From Candidatus Hadarchaeota archaeon (GTDB taxonomy: Archaea; Hadarchaeota; Hadarchaeia; Hadarchaeales; Hadarchaeaceae): a stretch of 32,000 bases of DNA. The DNA lies in assembly GCA_964514965.1 (NCBI GenBank), contig CAZETV010000001.1:210001-242000 (forward strand). Reading direction: 5' to 3'. Below are positions 7,905-15,904 of this stretch, piece by piece (positions within the stretch are counted from its first letter, which is position 1; each line of letters begins with the position of its first letter). The position numbers were made by a program, and so were the translations under genes. The notes under the pieces were generated by a model that had not been told where the DNA came from, did no database searches, and saw only the letters and a list, made by a program, of their open reading frames with translations.

Positions 7905-8351
7905 TTTTCTCAAATAAAAAAGAACTTTTGCTCTCTTTAACTCTTGCGGCGCCAAGCGGCAGACAGCAATTCTTTTAAGGGCGGGACTTGACGCAAAGCC
8001 ATTCTGGTAGCTCAATTCGGGATAATAACCAATACGTGAGTAGTATTCAAAGGTGTAATCTCAAAGCACATACTTTTTTCATTGTCGATTGTATAGAGTC
8101 CATTGTAATCGAAAATTGTTTCAAGTGATAGGATGGTTGGAAAAGGTGAAGAATAAAATAGTCAAAAGCAAATCCAATTTGTTAGTCACGATAGACCCGA
8201 GTAATTTTTCAAACAGACAATTCGCAAATATGAGGAGAAAAATGAAGGAGATGAATGTAAAATAATTTGTGTATATGTGAAAAGTTACATAAGGTTAATC
8301 AAAGATGGAGGATATATCTGAACACGAAATCAGCTAGAAGCAGGCGTTTAA

Positions 8352-9224
8352 ATGCAAAAACATAGTATGACGAAAATAGCGAAGGGAGTGTTTTGGATAC
8401 ACAGGCCACAGCTTTCTATAATGGCGTTTCTTATCTCTATTGCCGGAATCTTTTTAGCAGGCGGGTTTGATTTGGTCCTAATGTTAGAGGTGGGTTTCTT
8501 ATTCTGGTTTATACAGTGTTTAGCCCACCCAATAAATGACTACTTCGATAGAAAATCAGATGAAACTGGCAGGCCAAGTGCGCCGATTCCTGCAAAATTG
8601 TTAACTTTAAAACAAGCCAAAATTATTATTGGTCTGGATTATATTACTGCGGCAATCTTAATCATAATCATACCTCTGAATCTCACAGTTAAAATTTTCG
8701 CGACAATTGCCCTTTTTCACACTTACATCTTTTCTGCACCCCCTGTTCATGCAACCGCAAAAGGCATTTTGGCGAGTATTGTACTGGCCACCGCATTTAT
8801 TACAACATTCTTAGGCGGGTGGGTGGCAGCAAGTGGGTGGAGATATGACCCCATCCTCATACCTCTTTCTTTGCTCATAGGTTCTACGCATATGACCGCG
8901 AAAAATATTGCAGATATTATTGACGTGCACTCAGATAAAAGATCAGGACGTGTCACGCTTCCGATGCAGATAGGTGTCAAGAAATCGTTTTACGTAGCGG
9001 CTTTTTTTGGAATATTCACCATTTTTTTGTTTTTCTTATCAGATTTCTTTTGCCGTATGAATGTCCTTTACTTGGCTACAGGTGCGATCGGTTCTATTAT
9101 TACCTTTCTGTGTCTTTTCTATTTTCAAAAAGATTTTGGTAAAGTGACGGGGAGAAAATATTTTGAAATATCCACGCTACCAACATTTATATTTCCTATC
9201 GCGATAATACTGGGGTCAATCTGA
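8352..9224 (+). CDS. UbiA-family integral-membrane prenyltransferase (DGGGP-synthase-like)
   Basis: 290 aa, polytopic. First Asp-rich motif NDYFDRKSDETGRPSAPIP; second KNIADIIDVHSDKRSGRVTLP. Confidence 0.85.
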   Translation: MQKHSMTKIAKGVFWIHRPQLSIMAFLISIAGIFLAGGFDLVLMLEVGFLFWFIQCLAHPINDYFDRKSDETGRPSAPIPAKLLTLKQAKIIIGLDYITAAILIIIIPLNLTVKIFATIALFHTYIFSAPPVHATAKGILASIVLATAFITTFLGGWVAASGWRYDPILIPLSLLIGSTHMTAKNIADIIDVHSDKRSGRVTLPMQIGVKKSFYVAAFFGIFTIFLFFLSDFFCRMNVLYLATGAIGSIITFLCLFYFQKDFGKVTGRKYFEISTLPTFIFPIAIILGSI

Positions 9225-9349
9225 ACACATTTAAATTTGGATTCAACTCTAAGGTACTGGTTGGGTGTTGATAGTGCCTAATGATAAAAGAAAGTCATCG
9301 CGACTAATTGCAAAAATTACAAAATTTTATCGAAGTGTAACTCTAAAGA

Positions 9350-9373
9350 ATGAAAGGGGAAGAGAATGTTTGA
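9350..9373 (+). other. possible 7-codon upstream ORF (MKGEENV) overlapping the start of the module 2 3-TM gene
   Basis: atgaaaggggaagagaatgtttga. The ATG of ORF 9366 is embedded in it in another frame. It resembles the module 1 mini-ORF. No clear SD. Confidence 0.15.
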
Positions 9374-9653
9374 GCCATTAATTTTTTTATTTGTGAGTTT
9401 TGGGCTTGTGTTTGTTATTTATTCCGTTTTAAGCATTTACAAAGCCCTGAATTTTCTTCGCTTCCCTAAGCTTTTGATGCCTATAGGATTAGGCTTCATC
9501 GGTGGCACACTACTCTCTGTGGGAATTCTCTTTCTACATCTGGGTGGGGTTCTCGATAAGTATGGCTGGATCATTTTCATTTATCCATGTGTTGTCGGCC
9601 CTCTGTCTATCCTTGCAGTTTACAGCCTTAGGAGGAAGTTGCACGCTAGTTGA
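9366..9653 (+). CDS. small 3-TM membrane protein, module 2
   Basis: 95 aa. It aligns by eye with the module 1 protein: KLLMPIGLGFIGGTLLSVGILFLH vs KLLIAGGAVYGFSFIAFSLWH, and C-tail VYSLRRKLHAS vs LYGLMRMHRS. Confidence 0.55.
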   Translation: MFEPLIFLFVSFGLVFVIYSVLSIYKALNFLRFPKLLMPIGLGFIGGTLLSVGILFLHLGGVLDKYGWIIFIYPCVVGPLSILAVYSLRRKLHAS

Positions 9654-9681
9654 CCTACTTGCAACATTTGGCATTGGAACG

Positions 9682-9942
9682 ATGTTAATAACGTGCTTTC
9701 TAGTACGTTACTTACCTATAAGTTTCAAACTTCAGAAATATATCGGGAGTTCAGCTTTTTTTGCGACGTTAGTCTGGATATTACTCTATGTGTTTATTCA
9801 AACTGGACAGGATGTATTTATTGTGGGTTTAGCGATATCTACCCTCATCTCTTCTATTCTCGGAGCATTAGCTGGCAGAGAAGTATTAAAAATTACTCGC
9901 GCGCCAAAATATATGTTAGAAACGTCCGAGAAAACTCATTAA
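9682..9942 (+). CDS. TM fragment corresponding to the N-terminal membrane anchor of kinase paralog 2
   Basis: This frame gives TM-like sequence that aligns with the kinase 1 N-terminus: M12, L13 and F17 match when counted from codon 9649, and LISSILGALAGREVLKI resembles ALVASVSALIAAKKLKA. The first in-frame ATG is at 9682. It is separated from the kinase core by a frame change. Confidence 0.45.
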   Translation: MLITCFLVRYLPISFKLQKYIGSSAFFATLVWILLYVFIQTGQDVFIVGLAISTLISSILGALAGREVLKITRAPKYMLETSEKTH

Positions 9943-9949
9943 AAAACAG

Positions 9950-11578
9950 GTGATTTTGCTTGAAACCTATGCCGAGATAATAAATAGATTATTGAGCCGC
10001 ATGGTTTTTATTTGTGATATCAAAGCAATTAAAAATATATTTGACAAGCGCGAGGAAGACCAACCAATTCTCAAAGGATGTTGGTCAAATGAAAATACGA
10101 TAAACACAGACGCGGTGTTAAAGAATCTTGGAGAAACAAGCGAGGGAGAATCCGAATCCAAGTTGTTAAATGCATTTTCGAGTCTTACTTCAGGGCTCAT
10201 CGACTTGTACGGCACCGTCACCTCGCATGACCGCGCAACCGCGATGGCAGCAACAGTAATAAACGAGGTAGGAATCAAGCGGCACGACGGAATCTTGGGG
10301 AGAGTAGGGGTACCGCTTGGTAAATATAATGAAATCTTATACGAACGGGGGATATTGCTCCATTTACCAGATGGTATAGCCCTACAGGGAAAAGCGAAAA
10401 CCTTTGCATTCATGGTTTTCAAAGATATTCTTGAACCACTTTTAAGACAATGCATTCCGAATACTATCGATGAAATTAGAGATCGATTCAGAGAACTCAC
10501 AAAGAGAAAACCGATTATTATGGGAGTCAAAATAGCCGACAATGGAACGGTGAATATCAGCAAGTTATATAGCGACATTGAAGGATTACCCGCCGAAAAA
10601 AGTGTTGAAGAGATAATATCCGCCTCTTCCGCTGCATTAGATGTTTGTTTTCCTATTATCCAAAAAGATATAGGCTTTAATAGTTTGAAAAAAATCACGG
10701 AAAATATTTTTCACTCCAAGATTTTCGAAAAAATACCAAAAGAGTTCGACTTATTGGCAACTTTTTTAGAAATTACTAAACCAATGCCTAAAGGTATGCT
10801 GGAAAAAGAAAAGTTAACTTTCTTAAGTAAGGAAGAATTGGAGCGAAGGGTAAGGGATAGAACTGCCGAATTGGAAAAGGCTTACAGAAAATTGAAAGTA
10901 CTGGATCGTATGAAAGATGATTTTCTAGACATGACTTCACATGAGTTGAGGACTCCGCTGACCGCTATAAACAGCTTTCTACAGTTAATAGGCAGTGAAA
11001 AGTTAGGAAAAATTACTAAAAAACAAAAGAATGCTGTGAAAACCATTTCTCAGGAGTTGAAGCGTCTTAGGGATTCAATCGATAAAATTTTAGAAACATC
11101 TAGGCTGGAATCGGGGCGCATACAATCTGATATGAAAGCCCTGCAACTAGCGGAACTCATTCAAAAAACGGTTAAAAAAATGAAAATATTAGCCAAGCAA
11201 AAAGGGATTACAATAACCCAAAAAATAGCAAAATTACCTTTGATCAAAGGTGATGAAGGGCAGCTGATAGGAGTCATGACCAATTTGATTGATAATGCGA
11301 TTAAATTCACCCCGAGAGGAGGCATAATCACAGTTGATGCCAAAAAGAAGAAAGATAATATTTTAGTCGAAGTAAAAGACACGGGCATGGGAATAGCCAA
11401 GAAGAACCTGCCAAAGCTGTTTACAAAGTTCTTCCAGGTAGAGCACTCCATTCCAGGTGCTGGTATGGGGTTACGGATATGCAAGATAATTGTGGAAAAG
11501 CATGGGGGGAAAATAGGAGTGAGGAGTAGACTGGGTAAAGGTTCGACATTCTTTTTCGTGCTGCCAATAAAACAATAG
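9950..11578 (+). CDS. sensor histidine kinase, paralog 2, cytoplasmic core (unassigned domain + HisKA + HATPase_c); probably the 3' part of a frameshifted gene
   Basis: H-box DMTSHELRTPL, N-box NLIDNAIKFTP, DTGMGI, GAGMGLRICK. It is collinear with kinase 1 residues ~105-644. The listed start is a GTG without an SD. Confidence 0.85.
   Translation: MILLETYAEIINRLLSRMVFICDIKAIKNIFDKREEDQPILKGCWSNENTINTDAVLKNLGETSEGESESKLLNAFSSLTSGLIDLYGTVTSHDRATAMAATVINEVGIKRHDGILGRVGVPLGKYNEILYERGILLHLPDGIALQGKAKTFAFMVFKDILEPLLRQCIPNTIDEIRDRFRELTKRKPIIMGVKIADNGTVNISKLYSDIEGLPAEKSVEEIISASSAALDVCFPIIQKDIGFNSLKKITENIFHSKIFEKIPKEFDLLATFLEITKPMPKGMLEKEKLTFLSKEELERRVRDRTAELEKAYRKLKVLDRMKDDFLDMTSHELRTPLTAINSFLQLIGSEKLGKITKKQKNAVKTISQELKRLRDSIDKILETSRLESGRIQSDMKALQLAELIQKTVKKMKILAKQKGITITQKIAKLPLIKGDEGQLIGVMTNLIDNAIKFTPRGGIITVDAKKKKDNILVEVKDTGMGIAKKNLPKLFTKFFQVEHSIPGAGMGLRICKIIVEKHGGKIGVRSRLGKGSTFFFVLPIKQ
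11501..11557. repeat. direct repeat C, copy 2 (3' end of kinase 2)
   Basis: catggggggaaaataggagtgaggagtagactgggtaaaggttcgacattctttttc. Confidence 0.9.
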
Positions 11579-11694
11579 ACAACTGTTGATAACATCTTTA
11601 ATTTAGGCAAAATGGCGAATAGACTCCATGAAATAATTAAACTTTTTCCAAAGGAAACCTTTTATTTCAAACTCAGCAATAACTATTTGATTAC

Positions 11695-12537
11695 ATGCGC
11701 AATTTACTAAAACGGACGGAGAAAGAACCACCCTTAGATGTAACCGTGAAAAAGCTGACGAAGGAACGGAAAAAACGTGAAAAAGAGGTTGAGGGCCCTG
11801 AATGGGTGAAAACTGGAATTCCCGGGTTTGATGACTTAATCGAGGAAGGGGGCATCCCAAAAGGCGCAAATATCCTCATTTCGGGAGGGCCGGGAACCGG
11901 AAAAACGATTTTCTGTTTACAGACCCTTTATAACGCAGCCTGCAACGGACATAAATGCCTGTATATCACATTTGAAGAATCGCCGGAGAGTTTGAAAAAA
12001 CACATGAAGCAATTTGGTTGGAAAATCGACACCCTCGAGAAAAATGATTTATTCGTTATAAAAAGGTTGGATCCATTCCGCATAGCGAGGTCTGTCGAGG
12101 CGTTACTTGCAAAGGCAGCAGGCCAGTTGCCGATAGAAATGAAAGGATTGCCGAAATTAATCCCTGATGGTTTCAATCCGTACATGATTGCGATGGACTC
12201 GGTCTCTGCTCTTGAATCCGCGTTCACAGGAAAACCAGAGAGTTACAGAATTTATATCGAACAACTATTCAGGCTTTTTGAGGAGGCTGGAGGGATGACC
12301 TTTTTGATAACGGAAACGGAGGAAGCTCCGAAGAGATACTCAAGAACTGGCGTAGAAGAATTTCTCGCGGATGGTGTATTTGTCTTTTACTACGGCAAGG
12401 TGCGAGATATGCGATTGAGGGCCGTTGAAATATTAAAGTTGAGAGGAGCAAAGCACATAAACAAAATCGTGCCCGTCTATATAACTGACAAGGGAATAGA
12501 AATTCTCCCTGGCGAACGCATTTTTGAGGTTGAATAA
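11695..12537 (+). CDS. KaiC-like / RecA-superfamily ATPase (single domain), motifs intact
   Basis: GIPGFDDLIEEGGIPKG, then Walker A ILISGGPGTGKT, Walker B YMIAMDSVSAL and FLITETEE. The start is uncertain. An in-frame GTG at 11806 would give MKTGIPGFDDL, matching the N-terminus of the neighbouring paralog. Confidence 0.85.
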   Translation: MRNLLKRTEKEPPLDVTVKKLTKERKKREKEVEGPEWVKTGIPGFDDLIEEGGIPKGANILISGGPGTGKTIFCLQTLYNAACNGHKCLYITFEESPESLKKHMKQFGWKIDTLEKNDLFVIKRLDPFRIARSVEALLAKAAGQLPIEMKGLPKLIPDGFNPYMIAMDSVSALESAFTGKPESYRIYIEQLFRLFEEAGGMTFLITETEEAPKRYSRTGVEEFLADGVFVFYYGKVRDMRLRAVEILKLRGAKHINKIVPVYITDKGIEILPGERIFEVE

Positions 12538-12593
12538 AAATTAATTATGTTAGTTAACCGAGTCCAAGTAATCAAACGAAACAGCGGCAGATA

Positions 12594-13340
12594 TCAACCT
12601 TCTCCAGTAATTCCCCAACCCTTTAAAATAATTCCCTTGTGGGTTAACTTGTACGGGGTTGGTTTCATGACGTAATTTATCCCTGGCATTTTTTTAATTG
12701 TTAGCCAGCGATGATATTTTTCTTTCCCCCTCAATGACAGTTCGAACACAGCATCAGAAAAATCCATCGCCCAACTCACGGTTGTTTGACTATGCGAGCG
12801 CGGATTTAATATGAAAATCCCTATGCTCCCGTTAAGCTTGGCTAACACGCTTAGGTACCTCATGAGCTTTAAAACAGGGGCTTCTCCCGCAAAGAGCATC
12901 AGTACAGAAAAAGTGTGATGGATAAACCGTAAGTTGTTGTCTGCTTTCTCGCCAAGAGACTCTCTAGCCATGGCAAAAGCTCGTTGAACTTTGCTCAAAT
13001 CGCTTATGTCCTCTATGACATGCTCCACATCTGTCGGAGTTTGTTTGAACCCGCTGACTTGCGTGTATCCGTCGATTATTTGTAGCTTACCCGTCTCCTC
13101 ATATGGTCTCACGTTAAATTCGAGGTCATCGGCAATCGACCTGACCAAGGCAGGTGGGTGGTCGTAAGAAACGAACTGGCCGTATTCACCCTTTGCCAGA
13201 CCTTCGCAAAGAATTTTCATAGCGAAAGTTGCACCCTTTGTCCCTGGCTCTTCAAGCAAAAGTATGGATGTTCCTCTGGGGATTCCGCCACCCAAAAATT
13301 CATCTAAACCCTTAATACCGGTTTTTGCTAACTTTTCCAA
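12594..13340 (-). CDS. KaiC-like / RecA-fold protein with degenerate nucleotide-binding motifs (predicted inactive)
   Basis: KTGIKGLDEFLGGGIPRGTSILLLEEPGTKGATF aligns with the KaiC-like N-terminus, but the P-loop GK[ST] is lost (EEPGTKGA). The Walker B aspartate position reads FIHHTFSVL. Confidence 0.7.
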   Translation of the reverse strand: MEKLAKTGIKGLDEFLGGGIPRGTSILLLEEPGTKGATFAMKILCEGLAKGEYGQFVSYDHPPALVRSIADDLEFNVRPYEETGKLQIIDGYTQVSGFKQTPTDVEHVIEDISDLSKVQRAFAMARESLGEKADNNLRFIHHTFSVLMLFAGEAPVLKLMRYLSVLAKLNGSIGIFILNPRSHSQTTVSWAMDFSDAVFELSLRGKEKYHRWLTIKKMPGINYVMKPTPYKLTHKGIILKGWGITGEG

Positions 13341-13721
13341 AACTACACCAACCTCTTTTTTAAGCCTCCAACTTCATATTAGTTAAATCGCCCCTTTATT
13401 AGTGTTTTTCCTTTGATAGATTACCATTTTTTCCTTAGATATCCATATTTTTCACATTCTAAATCTTATGTTTATTCATGAGATGTTTATTCTGTACTTT
13501 CTAGGGGCCAACACAATTAAAGAGAGGGCGAATTCGGCATGAATGAATCGATAACTTTGTTTATCCCATAAAATAGAAGATTTGGTGCGCAATAAATCTC
13601 TTTGAAGTTTTTGTTATTGGTATTATAAAGGGGGAAACTAGAATATTAATGGCAAGCATATGTATAGTGAAAACCCAAGGTATCTCTGTAGGTACCGGAG
13701 TACCGCGGAAGAGGATGGAGG

Positions 13722-15806
13722 ATGAGACAAATTAAGAAATTGCGGCGATTGCCTGCAACGCTTTTGCTGGTAGCCGCAGTAATAATATCTTTGTTGGCAT
13801 GCTTAATCACGCTACCTGCTGCCGTCCATGCCAGCATCAGTACACTAAATCCTAATGCAGACGGAAATTATCAACAATGGACTCCTGTTGGTGGCACTTC
13901 TTACGAAGCAACTTCAGACGAGTCAAATAACACTTTTGTTTATGTCGCTGGAAATATAACTTATAAAGAAACTGTAAATTTGCAAGACCCAACCTTTCAA
14001 GATACCGCTGCAATCAACAATGTTACCGTGTATGTGCGCGTTTTGGCTAGTACGCAAGGACAACAAGTCGTTATCCTCATCAGAACTGACGGCACAGATT
14101 ATGAAAGTGGAACAATGGGAGTAAGCAAGGGTGCTTTTACAGATTACTCAAATGTTTGGGGAAATAATCCTAAAACTGGTCTGCCGTGGACTAAAGCGCA
14201 AGTGGCAGCTTTGGAAGTTGACATAATGGCGTCAAAATTGGATGCCGGTGAAAATATAGAGTGTTCAGAGATATGGGTAGTGATCAACTATACGCCATTC
14301 GACTTCTCGATAAGCGCATCACCCAGCAGCCTCTCGGTCCAGCAGGCTGGCTCGGTATCGACAACGGTTAATGTTATGCTTATCCAAGGTACGGCTGGGA
14401 CTGTCAACCTTAGCGGCACATGGATTGGGACTGCGCCGGGCGGGGTTACTCCAAGTTTTAGCCCATCCTCTAGTACTCCAGATTTTGATAGTACTCTAAC
14501 TTTTTCAACAACCGCAGCTGCAACAGTTGACAACTTTACCTACAGGGTGTTCGGTAAAAGTGGTGATCAGACTCACACCATAGATGTCAAGCTGGAGATA
14601 ACCGAGCTGATATTCCCGGCTGCCTCCACTTTGCTTTCACCGGAGAACGGAATAACCACAGATATCCTCACGCCAAAGTTTGACTGGGCCAATGCCGCGG
14701 GTGCCACATCTTATATACTGGAGATAGCAACAGACAACACTTTTTCAAACATCGTACGCACCAAAACTACGATAGAATCGACCACGACTCTTTCCGAAAC
14801 CGAAAAGTTATCTTATGGGATTCATTACTACTGGAGAGTCCGGGGAATAAACGCCGCAGGGTCAGGAGATTGGTCGTCTATTTGGAGCTTCATCGCAAAG
14901 ACAACCGCCCCGAAGATTTTGATTTTTAAAATTGATACCAAAAATCAATATACAAATTCCACGAGTGTCGAGTTGGCCATATCCGCGCTGAACGCGGTGG
15001 AGATGCAGTTCTCAAACGACGGGGTGATATGGGGTGAATGGGAACCCTACCAGACATTAAAATCTTATTCGTTGGAGCCACCGGACGGCGTCAAAAACGT
15101 TTACGTCAAGGTCATGGACAATGTTGGAGATATTGGGCAGACAATTCTAGATTCGATAATCTTGGACCAAACGCCACCAAGCACCACCTATTCTCTTTCG
15201 GGAGACCTGGGCACAGATGGTTACAAGGACTCGGTTGTGGTCACGCTGACCAGTATAGACGTTTACAGTGTTGCGTCAATAAAACACAAAGTTGATAACG
15301 GCGAGTGGCAAACAGGGAACACATTCGTGATTTCGAGTGAGGGTAAGCACACAATCGAATATTACTCAACAGACGCCGCTGGGAACGACGAGGGGATAAA
15401 ATCTTTCCAAGTGACGGTATACACACCTTTTACCTTCCCGCTGACCCTATTGTTGGGCATTCTTTTGGTGATTGCGGCAGTTGTATTCGTCGCATTGCTC
15501 CGCCTAAGAGGTCCCTCGCCTAAAAAAATGTTAAATATGGTTCTGGAGGAAAAAAAGGAAGCCTTAATGCTCAAAAAAGATGCTGCCATAAAATATTTCA
15601 AAAATGGCTCCATAAGCAGGGATATCTACGATGAGTTGATGGCAAAATATGATAGCAGGATGGCGGAACTCGAAGAAAAGGAGCGATTGTTGCGGGCGAG
15701 AATAAAAAGAAAACCAAAGAAAAATGCCAAAAAGCGCGAGAAGAAAAAGTCGAGAGAAGCAACGGAGAGGCTCCAGAGTATAAAAAAGAAAATAGATCGC
15801 GTTTGA
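13722..15806 (+). CDS. large secreted/surface-anchored protein with Ig/FN3-like repeats, a C-terminal TM helix and a Lys-rich cytoplasmic tail
   Basis: N-terminal signal-like MRQIKKLRRLPATLLLVAAVIISLLACLITLPAAVHA. FN3-like segment (SPENG...YYWRVRGINAAGSGDWS). Beta-sandwich segment DQTPPSTTYSLSG...KHKVDNGEWQTGNTF...GKHTIEYYSTDAAGNDEG. TM LTLLLGILLVIAAVVFVALL. The last ~110 aa are K/E/R-rich. Confidence 0.8.
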   Translation: MRQIKKLRRLPATLLLVAAVIISLLACLITLPAAVHASISTLNPNADGNYQQWTPVGGTSYEATSDESNNTFVYVAGNITYKETVNLQDPTFQDTAAINNVTVYVRVLASTQGQQVVILIRTDGTDYESGTMGVSKGAFTDYSNVWGNNPKTGLPWTKAQVAALEVDIMASKLDAGENIECSEIWVVINYTPFDFSISASPSSLSVQQAGSVSTTVNVMLIQGTAGTVNLSGTWIGTAPGGVTPSFSPSSSTPDFDSTLTFSTTAAATVDNFTYRVFGKSGDQTHTIDVKLEITELIFPAASTLLSPENGITTDILTPKFDWANAAGATSYILEIATDNTFSNIVRTKTTIESTTTLSETEKLSYGIHYYWRVRGINAAGSGDWSSIWSFIAKTTAPKILIFKIDTKNQYTNSTSVELAISALNAVEMQFSNDGVIWGEWEPYQTLKSYSLEPPDGVKNVYVKVMDNVGDIGQTILDSIILDQTPPSTTYSLSGDLGTDGYKDSVVVTLTSIDVYSVASIKHKVDNGEWQTGNTFVISSEGKHTIEYYSTDAAGNDEGIKSFQVTVYTPFTFPLTLLLGILLVIAAVVFVALLRLRGPSPKKMLNMVLEEKKEALMLKKDAAIKYFKNGSISRDIYDELMAKYDSRMAELEEKERLLRARIKRKPKKNAKKREKKKSREATERLQSIKKKIDRV

Positions 15807-15904
15807 AATACGCCGTACAGGGCGGCCGATAATGACGAATAAAAGTAGGAATTAAAAAGATTATAGCGAGAAAACCTCGAATTCATTCGCAGGGGGGCCA
15901 AGAA

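Noticed and set aside
7905-8015. 37-codon N-terminal extension of receiver 2 in the ORF track (MSYQNGFASS...)
   Set aside because: Paralog 1 has no equivalent. The perfect nucleotide identity between the paralogs starts 3 nt before the internal ATG at 7904, and the receiver fold begins at MSKKIMVVDDE.
7905-8351. 447-nt gap between receiver 2 and ubiA, containing tiny ORFs (MRRKMKEMNVK, MEDISEHEIS) and a possible 46-codon GTG ORF
   Set aside because: No SD or conserved motif, no recognisable RNA structure or C/D-box pair by eye. It is probably promoter or regulatory DNA, and I cannot assign anything specific.
9502-9681. Upstream part of the 146-aa frame-1 ORF (MAHYSLWEFSFYIW...), overlapping the 3-TM gene
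   Set aside because: The overlapping frame-0 ORF 9366-9653 aligns with the module 1 3-TM protein through its C-terminus, so that frame is the coding one here. T-rich DNA gives hydrophobic translations in several frames.
9967-10698. 243-aa minus-strand ORF
   Set aside because: It is antisense to the kinase 2 core, whose homology to kinase 1 fixes the coding strand. The same reasoning applies to 11161-11610 (149 aa).
11612-11710. 32-codon ORF (MANRLHEIIKLFPKETFYFKLSNNYLITCAIY) between kinase 2 and the KaiC-like gene
   Set aside because: It overlaps the KaiC-like start, has no RBS or motif, and sits in AT-rich intergenic sequence. It is likely chance.
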